Origin: Eledone cirrhosa
Taxonomy: Eukaryota
Direction of reading: 5' to 3'
Assembly (NCBI GenBank): GCA_964016885.1
Contig: OZ024750.1
Span: 53,878,001-53,942,000 of the forward strand
DNA length: 64,000 bases
Position numbers and translations under genes: made by a program. Below are positions 1-13,335 of this stretch, in pieces. Each line of letters starts with the position of its first letter. The first letter of the stretch is position 1. The notes below the pieces were generated by a model that did no database searches, was not told the origin of the DNA, and was given only the letters and a program-made list of their open reading frames with translations.

Positions 1-545
1 TCATTTCTCTCTGGCCTTTGCACATCCTTTGCATTCATTGCCCATGTTTTTCTACCATGCAGCATTGAACTTCATACATAAGAGCTATGCAATTTGTGTT
101 TCACTCAGAAAAATAGAATTATTTTGTTGTTAGCAGAGGTAATAGTTCTCTGAATTTTTTCCACCTCATTCTTATTCTGGTTACTATTCCACCAATAGTT
201 ATGTCACCAAGGTAATGGATGCTGTTAACTATTTTTAAAGACTTTCAAGTATTTGAAAGAATATACATAATGGTGGCTCTTACTGTTAACTAACCATGTG
301 CATCTGCTAAATATTTCTTGTCTATCAGCCTTCCTATCATCCCTCTTTATATCTTATGCACATTGCACATGGAGGAGTCCTTCTTTCCTGCTAACTAAAA
401 TGTTTGGCTTTACTAGGTTTACTTTGAGACCTTCCAATTTTAGGTTTTGCTTCCATGTTTTGGAATTTCTTATTTTTAGACAGATTCCATTATGAGAATT
501 AGGGCATCAATATACAGACGTTCCCATGGACATGCCAGCTTAAGA
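1..545 (-). mobile_element. Old degenerate RTE-clade LINE fragment (RT region)
   Basis: Minus strand near 485-540 reads ACPWERLYIDALILIMES, matching GCPWELLYADDLTLIAES of the younger RTE copies; many stops. Confidence 0.7.
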
Positions 546-1175
546 GGGGCCTGAGAATTGAGCCTTAATGGAGACCTACCTGGATGCTAAATTCCTTGCT
601 AATGTCATTGCTTCTCATTCATTATCGTACTCTCAGATGCTTAATGCTTCATAACCTTTGAGATAAGATTCAGCTTGATAAGCCTCTCAACTAGAGACAG
701 GCTTTAAGAAATATCATTAACAATCATGTTTACTAATTAAGGCAGAGAATTTCACAGTCATTAGGCATCAAATTAAGTACCTTGGTTCTCTGTGTTCTGA
801 GTTCAAATCCCACTTAGGTCAACTTTCTTTTTCATCCCTAGAGAATTGATAAAGTACCAGTTGATGTATAGTGAATTAGCAGAATTGTTAAAGAGTCAAA
901 CAGGATGCTTTGTGGTGTGTGATCTGGCTCTGTATTTTCTGAGTTCAAATCCAGCTCCTTCCTGCCAGGAGTTGTGACCAGCAGATAGTATCAGCAATGG
1001 AAAAAACTATCCTTCAATTATTTTGCAAAAATATCTAAGAATGTCCTACTAATGTGGTACTGAACAGGTTAAGATTTAAACACTGTATTTTTTAATGTTT
1101 ATATTCATGTATTTGTTATGTTTGTGCATGTAATTAGAAAAAATCATTAAATGAAAATCATTATTGTTGTTACAG

Positions 1176-1224
1176 CTCTTCAATCACCAATTGCCTATCA
1201 GAAAGAGCGGATAAAAGAGCTGTA
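1176..1224 (+). CDS. Candidate small host exon (possibly terminal; LQSPIAYQKERIKEL*)
   Basis: Preceded by ttattgttgttacag acceptor and followed by GTAAGT (a donor, or an in-frame TAA); protein not recognised. Confidence 0.25.
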
Positions 1225-1531
1225 AGTACTTTGCCTTTCCGGATGTGTAACACAGTTCGTACAGTAGCCAATACCTCAACAGATTGTAGCTATCTCTTGG
1301 ATTACAGGCCAATCTATTCTACTTTGCCTATAATTTCTGGATAGACCAGGCTACAGTTGTTATTCTTCCTTTAAAAACGAAAGAAAGAAAGAAATAACAA
1401 AAAATAAACTTGATTTTAAAAAAACACACACATACATATATACATTATATATAAATATAAATGAATATATACATAGACACATACATATATAGAGACACAT
1501 ACATACGTTTGTTTCCTTTATTAACTATATA

Positions 1532-1585
<54 letters not shown>

Positions 1586-2353
1586 TGTATATGCGCAAAG
1601 CAAAGGAAAGAAAAACCATCAGGGTTTCATTGACTTGGCATAGTTTTTTTAAAATCCTGAATGACTAAATGTTTTAGTCTCAACTGACACGAACTACACA
1701 TGTGAATTGTCCGAAAGTCAGTTGGGTTTTTTTTTTTTGGTTTACGGAGTTAATAACTGCAACAGTTTAACTACTCTTGCTCTTTTCTTCCTTCTCCAGT
1801 TTTTAAAAGTTGGTCTCATGGAGTTGGTTCATAAACATACACACACGCACACAAACACACTGATGGTGACTCTGTATCAGTAGTTGTTCTCTCTCCTCTT
1901 CTCTCTCCTCTTCTTTATCACACACAGACTTCTGCTTTGTTTTATTACATCAACACTTTTCACTGCTACTGCTACTACTACTACTGATGATGGTAATGAT
2001 GATGATTACATATATACGACAGCACTGATAGTGGTAGTGGTGGTGGTGGTGGTAGTGGTGGCTGTGGTGTGGTGTCTAAAAGCTAATATTACAACATCCA
2101 GGATTTTGGCTTTAGTTCTACCTGCCTCTACTACTACTACTTACTCAAAATATCAAATCAAATCTACAGAAAAATATTATCATTATTATTATTTTTATTA
2201 TTATTGTAAAAATATTTTTTTCTCTTGTTTCTTGAAAAGAAAACATTTTAAAAAAATTTAGTTTGCAAAATTAAACTAAATTAAACAGTTGCTCTGGAAA
2301 ATTCACGCACACACACACACTCTCTCTCTCTCACACACACACACGTGTGTGTG

Positions 2354-2413
<60 letters not shown>

Positions 2414-2428
2414 ATGTATGTATGTATA

Positions 2429-2471
<43 letters not shown>

Positions 2472-3469
2472 ACATTTAAAAAACTTATTACATCAACAAC
2501 TAAGCACATGAATTTCCTTTGAAAATTTGCTCAATCAGAGCTGGTTCTCTTCATCTTTTTTAAAAATATTATTTTTTCATTGATTTTTGTTCTTTTTTCT
2601 TTTTTTAACTATTTAAATTTATATTTAAAAGAAAAAAAAATTAGTGAAAAAAAAAATTATTCTTTCCCCTGCCCCATTCTTAATCATATTTCTCTGAAAA
2701 AGAATTTAAAAAAAAAAGGCTCTCTTCTCTCAATAACTGTATATTTATTTTTCATTTTTACCATCTGTCTAAATGTAAAACTATTCATTTCAGCTAATAC
2801 TACTACTCCTACAACTACTATTAATACTACTCTTACCATTTCAGTGAAATCTAGTCATCTAATAAAAAGAAAACATTCATTTTAAACGAAGACTTTTTTT
2901 TTTTTGTTAAATCCGTAATATTACTGAATGTTTCCATAGTAATATTTTTTTTTATTTAAATAATTTTCAAAATTTTCATCTCATTTTTTTAACAAAAAGA
3001 TGAGGACTAAAAGGAACAGGTTTTGAAAAATACTTAAACCAGAACAAAAACGTCATCAAACACAAACTTCATTATTTATATATGTACTCAATGGAGAATG
3101 TTGATCCCCTAAAATATTTGGGGCAGGCAACCCACTTCTTTTTTCTTTTGTAAATATTATTCATCTCTATTCTTCTGAATATATAAAGAAAGTTTCTCTA
3201 AAACAAATGAGTGCAATATTGGCTATTAATTGATTGATCCACTCTTTAACAATTTATCTGTAATTGAAATGTTGGTGGCTGTGCCAGTGACGAACACGTG
3301 AAAATACATCTCAATATTTATCTTTTGTTTTGTTTTGTTTTTTTTTGTGACTCTACCCCCACCGCCATCTTCCCATTTATTTATCTTTAAAGTTAACATT
3401 AAGTTGAAAAACTTTATATATATGTAACATAATATTTCATATGTATATATATATATGATATTTTTTATT

Positions 3470-3503
<34 letters not shown>

Positions 3504-3579
3504 TTTATATATACATACACACAGACACACATATATATACACACACACACATATATATATATATGTATATATATATTTG

Positions 3580-3614
<35 letters not shown>

Positions 3615-3870
3615 TCAGCTTTCTGAATACTCACAAATACTTTTGAAGCTTCATCAGAAAAAGAAGGTTTCTTCTGTGATAAAAGCTTAGTAAATACACA
3701 CTTTGTTAAAACATTGTGGTCAAGGTGTGCATGCATATTTTTATACATAGGTGTCTTTGTTTTAACTTCTGAGACTACAGAAAACCTATGAGGTACACAG
3801 GGAAAACTGTAAATATACACAATACACAAAATAGAAACACTTCATAAATACTGATATATATATATATATA

Positions 3871-4028
3871 TAACGAAGGAAATGTGGTAAGGAACCAGTT
3901 GGACCATAACGCACCAAAGTACTCAATACTTAGGGTAGTAGAGTGGGTAATAGGAACCAGTAAGACCCCGACGGCTGAGCTCAAGCCGTCGAAATGGCTT
4001 GAGCTCAGCCGTCGGGGTCTTACTGGTT

Positions 4029-4031
<3 letters not shown>
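3871..4031 (-). mobile_element. Short PLE 3' end with inverted (fold-back) 5' arm, family P1
   Basis: Same sequence as 5829-6010, 10192-10386 and 39892-40003; palindrome ~3951-4031; (TA)n both sides; carries 3' half of an HHR (GAAA-stem III-GUC). Confidence 0.75.
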
Positions 4032-4069
<38 letters not shown>

Positions 4070-4071
4070 TT

Positions 4072-4354
4072 GTTGAGAAAGAAACTGGGTATAAAAGGGA
4101 TAAGTTGTGGTGTGCAGGAGAGAAGGCTGAGATGGTATGGACATGTGATGCGCATGGAGGTTGACCGCTGGGTAAAGAAGTGCCAAGAAATCCCAGTTGA
4201 AGGAAGACGCAGTAGAGGTAGAAACAGACCTCAGATCGTTGACACTCACCGAGGAGATGACGAAGGACCATGACAAATGGAGAGATGCTGTGCTGAATAG
4301 GACCTATCCAACCATAGCAAGCAGGGAAAAGCAGGCGTAAAATCGTGATGATGA
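4072..4354 (+). mobile_element. RTE LINE 3' fragment (family B)
   Basis: [28 protein letters not shown]; (GAT)n tail; matches 9680-9945. Confidence 0.85.
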
Positions 4355-4556
4355 TATATATATGTATATATATGTGTATATATGTATGATGATATATATA
4401 TGTATATATATATGCAATTCTAAACCCATGCTCGCATGGAAGATAGACGTTGAACGATGATGACAATGATGATGATGATATGTGTATATATATATATATC
4501 TGTATATATACAATGATATTAAATAAATGGAAACTATATTTATAAAACCATATTTA

Positions 4557-4613
4557 TTCTATTATATATATTTCAGGGGTACCAAAATTTTGGTACGCTA
4601 TCATCAGATAAAA
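4557..4613 (-). ncRNA. Type I hammerhead ribozyme motif
   Basis: UUUUAU-CUGAUGA-stem II (GUACCA/UGGUAC)-GAAA-UAUAUA-UA/AUAGAA; homologous to 6547-6607. Confidence 0.65.
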
Positions 4614-4724
4614 TACGAAGTGTGTTTTATATAAGTGTATACATATATATGTATATGTATTTGCAAGAGATGTCAACATGAATGGACCTATGTTGTATAT
4701 ATAGATTGTGTATATATATGTATA

Positions 4725-5058
4725 TCATCATCACTTTACGTCCGCTTTTCACTGCTTGCAAGGGTGTGACGGGAACTGATTCTGGCTTGATTTCTACAGC
4801 TGGATGCCCTTCCTAACACCAACCTCATTTACAGTGAGTGCTGGGTGCTTTTTTTTTGCCGTGGCACCTCCACGACTACTTTGCAGTGGAATGATAGGGA
4901 CCTCAGTCCCCTTCATCTCATTTCTACAGCTGAGTAAACTGGAGCAATGTGAAATAAAGTGTCTTGCTCAAGGAAACAACACATCACCCGGTCTGAGAAT
5001 TAAACTCAAACCTTTCGATTGCAAGGCCAATGCTCTAGCCACTAAGCCATGTGCCTCC

Positions 5059-5059
<1 letters not shown>
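4725..5059 (-). mobile_element. tRNA-derived SINE with CORE-like domain and RTE-derived tail
   Basis: Minus strand: TGGCTTAGTGGCTAGAGC A-box head, CCTTGAGCAAGACACTT...CAGCTGTAGAAATGAG CORE-like block, (GAT)n end; copies at 46722 and 58031. Confidence 0.8.
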
Positions 5060-5107
<48 letters not shown>

Positions 5108-5272
5108 ATATGTGTATATATATGTGTGTATATATATATGTATATGTATATATTGATATATGTGTATATATATATGTATATATACATATGTGTATAGATA
5201 TATAAATATGTTTGTATATATATAAGTATATATATATATGTGTATATGTATATATATATATATGTATATATG

Positions 5273-5304
<32 letters not shown>

Positions 5305-5362
5305 TATGTGTATATATATATATAAATATGTTTGTATATATGTATGTATATATATATATGTA

Positions 5363-5400
<38 letters not shown>

Positions 5401-5490
5401 CACACACACATATATGTGTATATATATATATATAAATATGTTTGTATATATGTAAGTATATATATATATGTGTATATGTATATATATATG

Positions 5491-5523
<33 letters not shown>

Positions 5524-5558
5524 GTGTATATGTATATATGTGTATATGTATATATATG

Positions 5559-5639
<81 letters not shown>

Positions 5640-5670
5640 ATATATATATATATATCTGTATATATATAAA
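5060..5670. repeat. Compound (TA)n/(TG)n microsatellite (representative of dozens, e.g. 45276-45490, 54763-55411, 57893-58030)
   Basis: Directly visible dinucleotide tracts with internal block duplications (aaatatgtttgtatata x3). Confidence 0.95.
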
Positions 5671-5828
5671 TAACAGATTAAACTTTAATCTGTTATTTTA
5701 TGAAATATTTGCTCTATGGGTTTTATATATTTGATATATATTTATATATATCCTCTTCGGATTTTAGTCGTCACATTATTTTATTACTATATATATATAT
5801 ATATGTATGTATATATATATATATATAT

Positions 5829-6364
5829 ATAATGAAGGAATTGTGGTAAGGAACCAGGTGGACCATAACGCACCAAAGCACTCGATACTTAGGGTAGTGG
5901 GTAATAGGAACAAGTATGACCCCTGGGGTCATACTTGTTCCTACTACCCTAAGTATTGAGTACTTTGGTGCGTTATGGTCCATCTGGTTCCTTACCACAA
6001 TTCCTTCGTTATCTAGCTACTATCTCCGTAGTAGAGCACTTTCCGACCCTACAACGCCATATCCAAGTTTTTTCACCCGCACCATGCGAAAACACAACAT
6101 CGACTTCTCCACCGAGAAAACTTTACCTTCGGATGCTCACGCAACAAATCGACCTCTTTGCGGAAAGACTAAGATGGAGAACTTTTTTCTATGACAGATA
6201 CCGCGACAATCAGGAGAGATTCGGATTTAATACCTACAAATCTCCCCCACCGAACCCTATGCTCTTACCCTTCGAGAACGACCTCTTCCAACTGGTCAAG
6301 AGCATTAAATTCAAACCCAGACACAACAGATTCCTACAAAAACTCTGGGTGTCATACTTGTTCC

Positions 6365-6368
<4 letters not shown>
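5829..6368 (+). mobile_element. PLE family P1: inverted terminal repeat pair followed by N-terminal piece of the Penelope ORF
   Basis: Palindrome centred ~5924; then YLRMLTQQIDLFAERLRWRTFF...FGFNTYKSPPPNPMLLPFENDLFQLVKSIKF, resembling PLE ORF N-termini. Confidence 0.75.
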
Positions 6369-6417
<49 letters not shown>

Positions 6418-6546
6418 AAAGTTCTATTTAAATTGTTGGGATACAACAAGCAAATATTTTTATAACTGATATAAAGCACTCAACAAATAATTGGAGTAAA
6501 AATACGATATTAACAAATGGAAACTATATTTATAAAACCATATTTA

Positions 6547-6607
6547 TTTCATTATACATATTTCAAGGACACCAAGTTAAATTATGGTGTGCTTTCATCA
6601 GATAAAA
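6547..6607 (-). ncRNA. Type I hammerhead ribozyme motif
   Basis: UUUUAU-CUGAUGA-AAG.ACACCA/UGGUGU.CUU-GAAA-UAUGUA-UA/AUGAAA. Confidence 0.75.
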
Positions 6608-6932
6608 TATAATATAGAGCAGTTTTATAAATAAATATTGACATACCCTTAAAGAATGCAACCATTACTGTTGGAAGCGCCCGGATAGTGGGGTTATAAC
6701 TTTAATTATACTATTAGGTAAGTTAGTATTGGATATTTTTAAATAAGCCGTTGGGTTACGGAGAAATAGAGAGAGAGAGAGAAAAAAAGAAAAGAGAAAG
6801 AGAAAGGAGAGAGAGCGAAAACTCTAAGTGATAGGTTGTTGAGTTATCTTAACATTTGAGATGAAATGAATAAATAAAATTAGAAATGTAAATAATCATA
6901 TACGTATATATATATATATACACTTATGCGTG

Positions 6933-6976
<44 letters not shown>

Positions 6977-7002
6977 TATATTTATATATATATACGTATA
7001 TG

Positions 7003-7035
<33 letters not shown>

Positions 7036-7061
7036 GTATATGTATATATACATATATATAC

Positions 7062-7092
<31 letters not shown>

Positions 7093-7342
7093 AATATGTA
7101 TATGTAATCAGTTTTTCGAATATTAATAATAACATTCGATTCGTTTGCAATTATGCAAACAAACCTCATTTTTAAAGCCATGCCAGTAGAATAAGCCCTT
7201 CATTCTTGCTCTTGTGTTGGTATGTGTATGTATATATATATATATAATGTATATATGTAAAATGTATATATATATATGTATGTATATATATATATGTATA
7301 TATATGTATGTATATATATATGTATATATATATATATGTATG

Positions 7343-7387
<45 letters not shown>

Positions 7388-7390
<3 letters not shown>

Positions 7391-9945
7391 ATGCTAGACG
7401 GGGACTTCAATGGTCATGGTGGGCACGGTTACGGCTCAAGAAATGAAGAAGGAGTGAGACTTCTTGAATTTTGTGATGCAAGTACACTGGCTATTTGCAA
7501 CATAAACTTCCAGAAACCTGCCAAACACCTAATAACCTATAAATCTGGCGAGCACATAAGCCAGATTGACTTCTTACTAGTTAGGCAGCAGGACAGGCAG
7601 ATAGTGTCTAATACCAAGGCATACCCTGGGGAAGAATGTACCCCACAACATAGGTTAGTCGTTAGTGATATCTCAGTAAGCAAGAGATGGAATGAGACAT
7701 ACAGGAAGGTGTGGAGAAGAAAGGTCTGGAAGCTAAAAGACCTTTCACTAAAATACAAATTTAGGAAAGCCCTTCAAGATGTGTCTGACGAAAAAGATGA
7801 TTATTTAGAGACGTATGGCATAGATAATAACTGGAATTTCTTACGTGACAACTTACTGCAGGCTACTGATGAAACTTGTGGCTGGAACAGAGCTCCAACC
7901 AGACAGAGAGTGACCTGGTGGTGGAGCAGCACAGTAGATAAGGCCATTCGAGACAAGAGACTAGCATGGAAGGCTTGGAAAAAGGGTGGGAGTAGGGAAG
8001 AATATACAGCCGCTAAGAGAGAAGCTAGACATCAGGTGTACTTAGCACATAGGCTGAGAGTAGGAGGTTTGCCAATCTTCTGCTATGGGAAGATCAGAGG
8101 CGTGCGGTGTTCCACATTGCAAAGCAGTGTGTCAATGCAAATCAGTATGTTGTTGGAGATAAATGTGTCCGGAATGATGCCGGCGTACTTAGTGTCACGA
8201 ATGATCAGAAAAAGGAGGCCTGGAAATGTCATTATGAGAGACTGATGAATGTGGAGAACGAATGGGAGAGAGAGAAATTACCCTCAGTAGATCCGACAGA
8301 GGGACCAGCTATTGAGATTGACGAATATAGGGTCCAAGAGGCAATTAAGGAAATGAAAAATGGTAAGGCTGCTGGACCATCGGCAATAGTTGCTGAGATG
8401 CTGAAGGCATCAGGGGACGTAGGCACTAAACTGGTTGCATGCATCATCAATCAGGCTATATATGGTGGTGTCATATCCAAAGACTGGTGCAGCAGTATTC
8501 TCATAAATTGCTACAAAGGTAAAGGGGATGCTCTGGAGAGGAGCAATTATAGGGGTATAAAACTGATGGATCAGGTTATGAAAGTGGCAGAAAGGATATT
8601 AGCACAACTAATTAGAGAAAGGGTCAAACTAGATGAGATGCAGTTTGGTTTTGTCCCTGGGAAGAGTACAACAGATGCCCTCTTCTTGGTGAGACAATTG
8701 CAAGAGAGGTTCTTAAAGAAGAATAAGCCACTATACTTAGCTTTTGTTGACCTAGAGACGGCCTTTGATAGAGTACCCCGATCTGTCGTCTGGTGGTCCC
8801 TAAGGAAACTAGGTGTAGAGGAATGGCTTGTGAGGACAGTGCAAGTTATGTACAGGGGTGCTCTCAGTAAAGTCGGGGTAGGAATGGAGTTTAGTGAGGA
8901 ATTCCAGATACAAGTAGGTGTACATCAGTGTTCGGTCCTGAGCCCGCTCTTGTTCATTATAGTCCTCCAGACATAACAGAGGAGTTTAAGATTGGCTGAC
9001 CATGGGAACTTCTCTATGCTGATGATCTGGCTCTTATAGCAGAATCAGTAGAGGTGCTAGAGAATAAATTCTGGCTATGGAAACAGCAGTTGGAATCAAG
9101 AAGCCTGAGAGTGAACATAGCTAAAACAAAAGTGTTGAGAAGTAGAAGAGAGAACAAAACTGATTCCATCAGGGAAATGGCCATGTTCGATATGTAGGGA
9201 AGGAACTGGCATAAATTCCATAAAATGTATGCAATGCAAAGAGATGTAGTGGGATAGCAGGCAAACTAACAGGAAAGGAAAACTACGCATGCAGTAGATG
9301 TACAGGGAAAGTTGGCAGTAGTAATCGCAGTGATAGACACATTTTTCCAATGCAGGTGGGTTCTATAGAAGTGGTTGATAGCTTACGGTACCTAGGAGAT
9401 CAGATTAGCACGGGAGGGGGGTATTCCGAGACCATAGTATCTAGAATAAGGACGGGTTGGAAGAAGTTTAGGGAGCTGCTTCCTCTGCTGATGAAGAAGG
9501 GTTTCTCCCTGTGTACGAAAGGCTGGTTATATGATGCCTGTGTGAGATGCTCGATGCAGCATGGTAGTGAGACATTGGCAGCAACTGCAGAGAATATGCG
9601 ACGGCTGGAGAGAAATGAAGCAAGTATGCTCTGTTGGATGTGCAATCTCAATGTGCGTGAACGACCAAGCATAGACGAGTTGAGAAAGAAACTGGGTATA
9701 AGAGGGATAAGTTGTGGTGTACAGGAAAGAAGACTGAGATGGACATGTGATGCGCACGGAGGATCACCGCTGTGTAAAGAAATGCCAAGAAATCCCAGTA
9801 GAAGGAAGACGCAGTAGAGGTAGAAAAACATGGGCGGAGGTGGTGAGAGCAGACCTCAGATCGCTGAAACTCACCGAGGAGATGACGAAGGACCATGACA
9901 AATTGAGAGGTGCTGTGCAGGGAAAAGCGGACGTAAAAGGATGAT
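7388..9945 (+). mobile_element. 5'-truncated, frameshifted RTE LINE (family B): APE endonuclease end plus RT
   Basis: GDFNGH, SQIDFLL, NYRGIKL, QFGFVPGKSTTDA, FVDLETAFDRV and YADD-region motifs across several frames; (GAT) tail. Confidence 0.92.
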
Positions 9946-10191
9946 ATATATAAACAAGTTCTTTATATAGATCTTACACGTTTTGCCCACATGGGCGGGT
10001 AATTTACTGCCTAACTCCGTGCAGTTGCCTCCCCTACTGGATGCCCGTTTCACCTGTGCCATTATTATTATTTTTTTGCATACTATGCAAGATGTTAACC
10101 TCAACGGCATTTATACTTATTTATGACATTCTATAATCAATTATTTCGATGAGAAGTCCGTGTGGGCGAGACATGTATATATATATATTAT

Positions 10192-10386
10192 ATAACGAAG
10201 GAGTTGTGGTAAGGAACCAGATGGACCATAACGCACCAGGGTACTCAATACTTAGGGTAGTAGAGTGGGTAATAGGAGAAAGTATGACTCTGACGGCAGA
10301 GCTCAAGCCGTTTCGACGGCTATTTCTGTCCAGAAATAGCCGTCGAAACGGCTTGAGCTCTGCCGTCAGGGTCATACTTTCTCCTA
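10192..10386 (-). mobile_element. Short PLE 3' end with fold-back arm, family P1
   Basis: Near-perfect palindrome ~10272-10387; right arm GAAA-CGGC...GCCG-UC is an HHR 3' half; TA-rich flanks. Confidence 0.75.
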
Positions 10387-10756
10387 TATATATTATATAT
10401 ATATTTATGTCCCGAAGAGATTGTTTTGGTAAAAACAGGAGCAAGAAGGAGAAAGCTCTCAACATTCGTAGTTTGTAGTTATGATGGAGTTTTTTATAAA
10501 CATAAGAAGAAGAAAAATGCTGATGTTACATAAATCATTTAATCATTATAATTATTTCCATGGTTCTCCATGCAAACAAGTCTTTCATGCCTTTGTTGTT
10601 TTTTAGAGAACGGTATCCTCATATATATGTATATATATAATTATATATATATATAATTATAATATATAGACATATAATTATAGATATACATTATCTACAT
10701 ACATACGTACATACATATGCATACATACATATATATACATACATGAATAATTATAT

Positions 10757-12277
10757 ACAAGCCATGTATAAAGAAACAGTCAGCAAGGTTAGAATTAACA
10801 ACGAATATAGTGAAGAGTTTAGCGTAAAAGTTGGCGTCCATCAGGGCTCTATTCTCAGCCCCCTACTATTTATTATTGCCCTTCAGGCTATAACAGAGGA
10901 GTTCAAGACCGGTTGCCCATGGGAACTCCTATACGCAGATGACCTAACACTCATAGCTGAATCAATGGCCGAGCTAGAGAAGAAATTCCAAACATGGAAG
11001 CACGGCCTAGAATCAAAAGGCCTTAAAATTAACCTGGCTAAGACTAAAGTTCTAGTTTGTAAGAAAGAAAATAAGGCGGCGGTCCCTTCCGGGAAGTGGC
11101 CATGCTCAGTGTGTAGGAAAGGCGTAGGTAGAAACTCCATTTTGTGTCCCAAATGCAAAGTATGGGTGCATAAAAGATGTAGTGGGATCACAGGTAAGCT
11201 AACTAAGAACATAGATTTTACATGTGGCCGGTGCTCTGGTGCAATAAGTAGCAGCAAGTGCCCACAAAATACTAGCTCTTTCAACTGCGCAGAGGGTTCT
11301 ATAGAAATAGTGGACAGCTTCCGTTACCTGGGTGACAAAATCAGCAGTGGGGGAGGGTGCTCTGAAAGTACAGTAGCTAGAGTCAGAACTGGATGGAAAA
11401 AGTTCAGAGAGCTTATACCACTATTAGCCGCTAAAGGGTTCTCCCTAAAAATGAAAGGCAAGTTGTACGATGCCTGCATACGAACAGCAATGTTGCATGG
11501 CAGTGAGACCTGGGCATTGTGTACAGAGGATATACGCAGACTAGAGAGAAACGAAGCTTGCATGCTCCGCTGGATGTGTAATAGTAATATACATGAACGG
11601 AAAATCATAAACGAACTAAGGAAAAAATTAGAAATAAGAGGGATCAGATGTTGTTTACTCGAGAGAAGGCTACGTTGGTATGGTCACGTGATGCGCATGA
11701 AGGACGATAGCTGTATAACAAAGTGCAGGGCAATAAAGATAGACGGTAGCCACGGAATAGGCAGACCCAGAAAAACCTGGGACGAGCTGATAAATTCCGA
11801 CCTCACACACTTACACCTCACCAAGACAATGTCACTGGACCGAGACCTTTGGCGGTACTCAGTAATAGAGAAGACCCGCCTTACCTAAATACATAGTAAA
11901 ACCTACTACACTCAGTAGGCATCTCTAACAAAATACACCCCCATCCCACCACCCCCACCCCATCCACACCGCCCCTTCTATGTAAAGTTATGTTGGTACC
12001 ACACCATCCAGGCCGAAACAAATGAGATCGTGTAGGTGTCACGTCAAAGAAACACACAGTCCACGCTGTAATGTGGCCGTGTAGGCAACACGGTAAAAAC
12101 CTCCCAGACCCACACTGTAAATGTGGTTGGTGTTAGGAAGGGCATCCAGCTGTAGAAAACCCGCCAGACAGTCCTATGCGAGCAAGATAATCACTCTTGC
12201 CTCAAGTGGAAAAACCCCCGTCCAAACCCATGCAAGCGTGGAACAGGGACGTTAAACGTTGATGATGATGATGATGA
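10757..12277 (+). mobile_element. 5'-truncated RTE LINE (family A) with target-site duplication
   Basis: ORF with GVHQGSILSP and LYADD; 3' UTR and (GAT)n tail; acatgaataattatata at 10741 and again at 12278. Confidence 0.95.
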
Positions 12278-12376
12278 CATGAATAATTATATATATATAC
12301 ATACATATATAATTATATATATATAATAAAAGTATAGGAACACATACTTTAATTATATAATTATATATGTATGTAT

Positions 12377-12528
12377 ATCATCATCATCATCATTTTACGT
12401 TCGCTTTTCCCTGCTTGCAAGGGTGGGACGGGTCTTATTCAGCACAGCATCTCTCCACTTGTCACAGTCCTTCGTCATCTCCACCGTGAGCTACAGCGAT
12501 CTGAGGTCTGTTCTCACCACCTCCACCC
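12377..12528 (-). mobile_element. RTE family B 3' fragment (another at ~32008-32155)
   Basis: Reverse complement of the 9835-9945 and 4225-4354 end; (CAT)n on the plus strand. Confidence 0.8.
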
Positions 12529-12700
12529 ATATATATATGTATGTATATATATAATTATATATATATATACATATATATATATGTATATATATAATCATGT
12601 ATATATATATAATTATATATATATATGTATGTACGTATGTATGTAGATAATGTATATCTATAATTATATATGTCTGTATATATATATATATATATATATA

Positions 12701-13056
12701 TTAAAATAACATATTAAGTTTAAGCAAAGAATCGCTGCTTTCACCCTTAACAGGATCTTGTGAAACTAAAAAAAAAAAAACTAATCATGAAGACGTCTTC
12801 ACGAACCAAAGTATTGTGTTCCTGTTTTCCTTCAGTTGCAACGTTTTGGGAAATATTTGCTTCTGCGTTCACAGATGACTTTTCTTTTTAGTTTCAGAAA
12901 ATCCTGTCAAGGGTGAAAGCAGCGATTCTTTGCTTAAACTTTAATCTGTTATTTTAACAAATTTTGCCCTATGGTTTATATATATTTTTATATATATATT
13001 ATCCTTATCCAGCCGTCTTCGGATATTAGTCTTCACATTTATTGTTATTATTACTA
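12701..13056 (+). mobile_element. Probable PLE 3' end with inverted arm and decayed HHR in both arms
   Basis: Inverted repeat 12701-12770 vs 12887-12957; AGUUU-CAGAAAA-stem II-GAAA-GCA..UGC-UU/AAACU; related short copy at ~5669-5790. Confidence 0.55.
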
Positions 13057-13253
13057 TATAATCCCGCCGAGGTTAACTTTGCCTTTCATCCTTACGGGGT
13101 TGATAAAATAAAGTACCAGTAATGTACTGGGTAATTGCTGGCCTTGTGCCAAAAGTAGAAACAATTACTATATATATATCTGCCTCTGTATGTATGTATA
13201 TATATATATATAAATTAATAGGAGTCTATTTTAGATTTCAAAATTTCCTTGCA

Positions 13254-13289
<36 letters not shown>

Positions 13290-13298
13290 GCCTCTCTA

Positions 13299-13335
<37 letters not shown>

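Noticed and set aside
3611-3662. Minus-strand CUGAUGA...GAAAGCUG as an HHR
   Set aside because: G at the cleavage position and poor stems I and II; at best a decayed relic
4968-5734. Many YI/IY-rich ORFs here and throughout the ORF track
   Set aside because: Translations of (TA)n/(TG)n microsatellites, which lack stop codons
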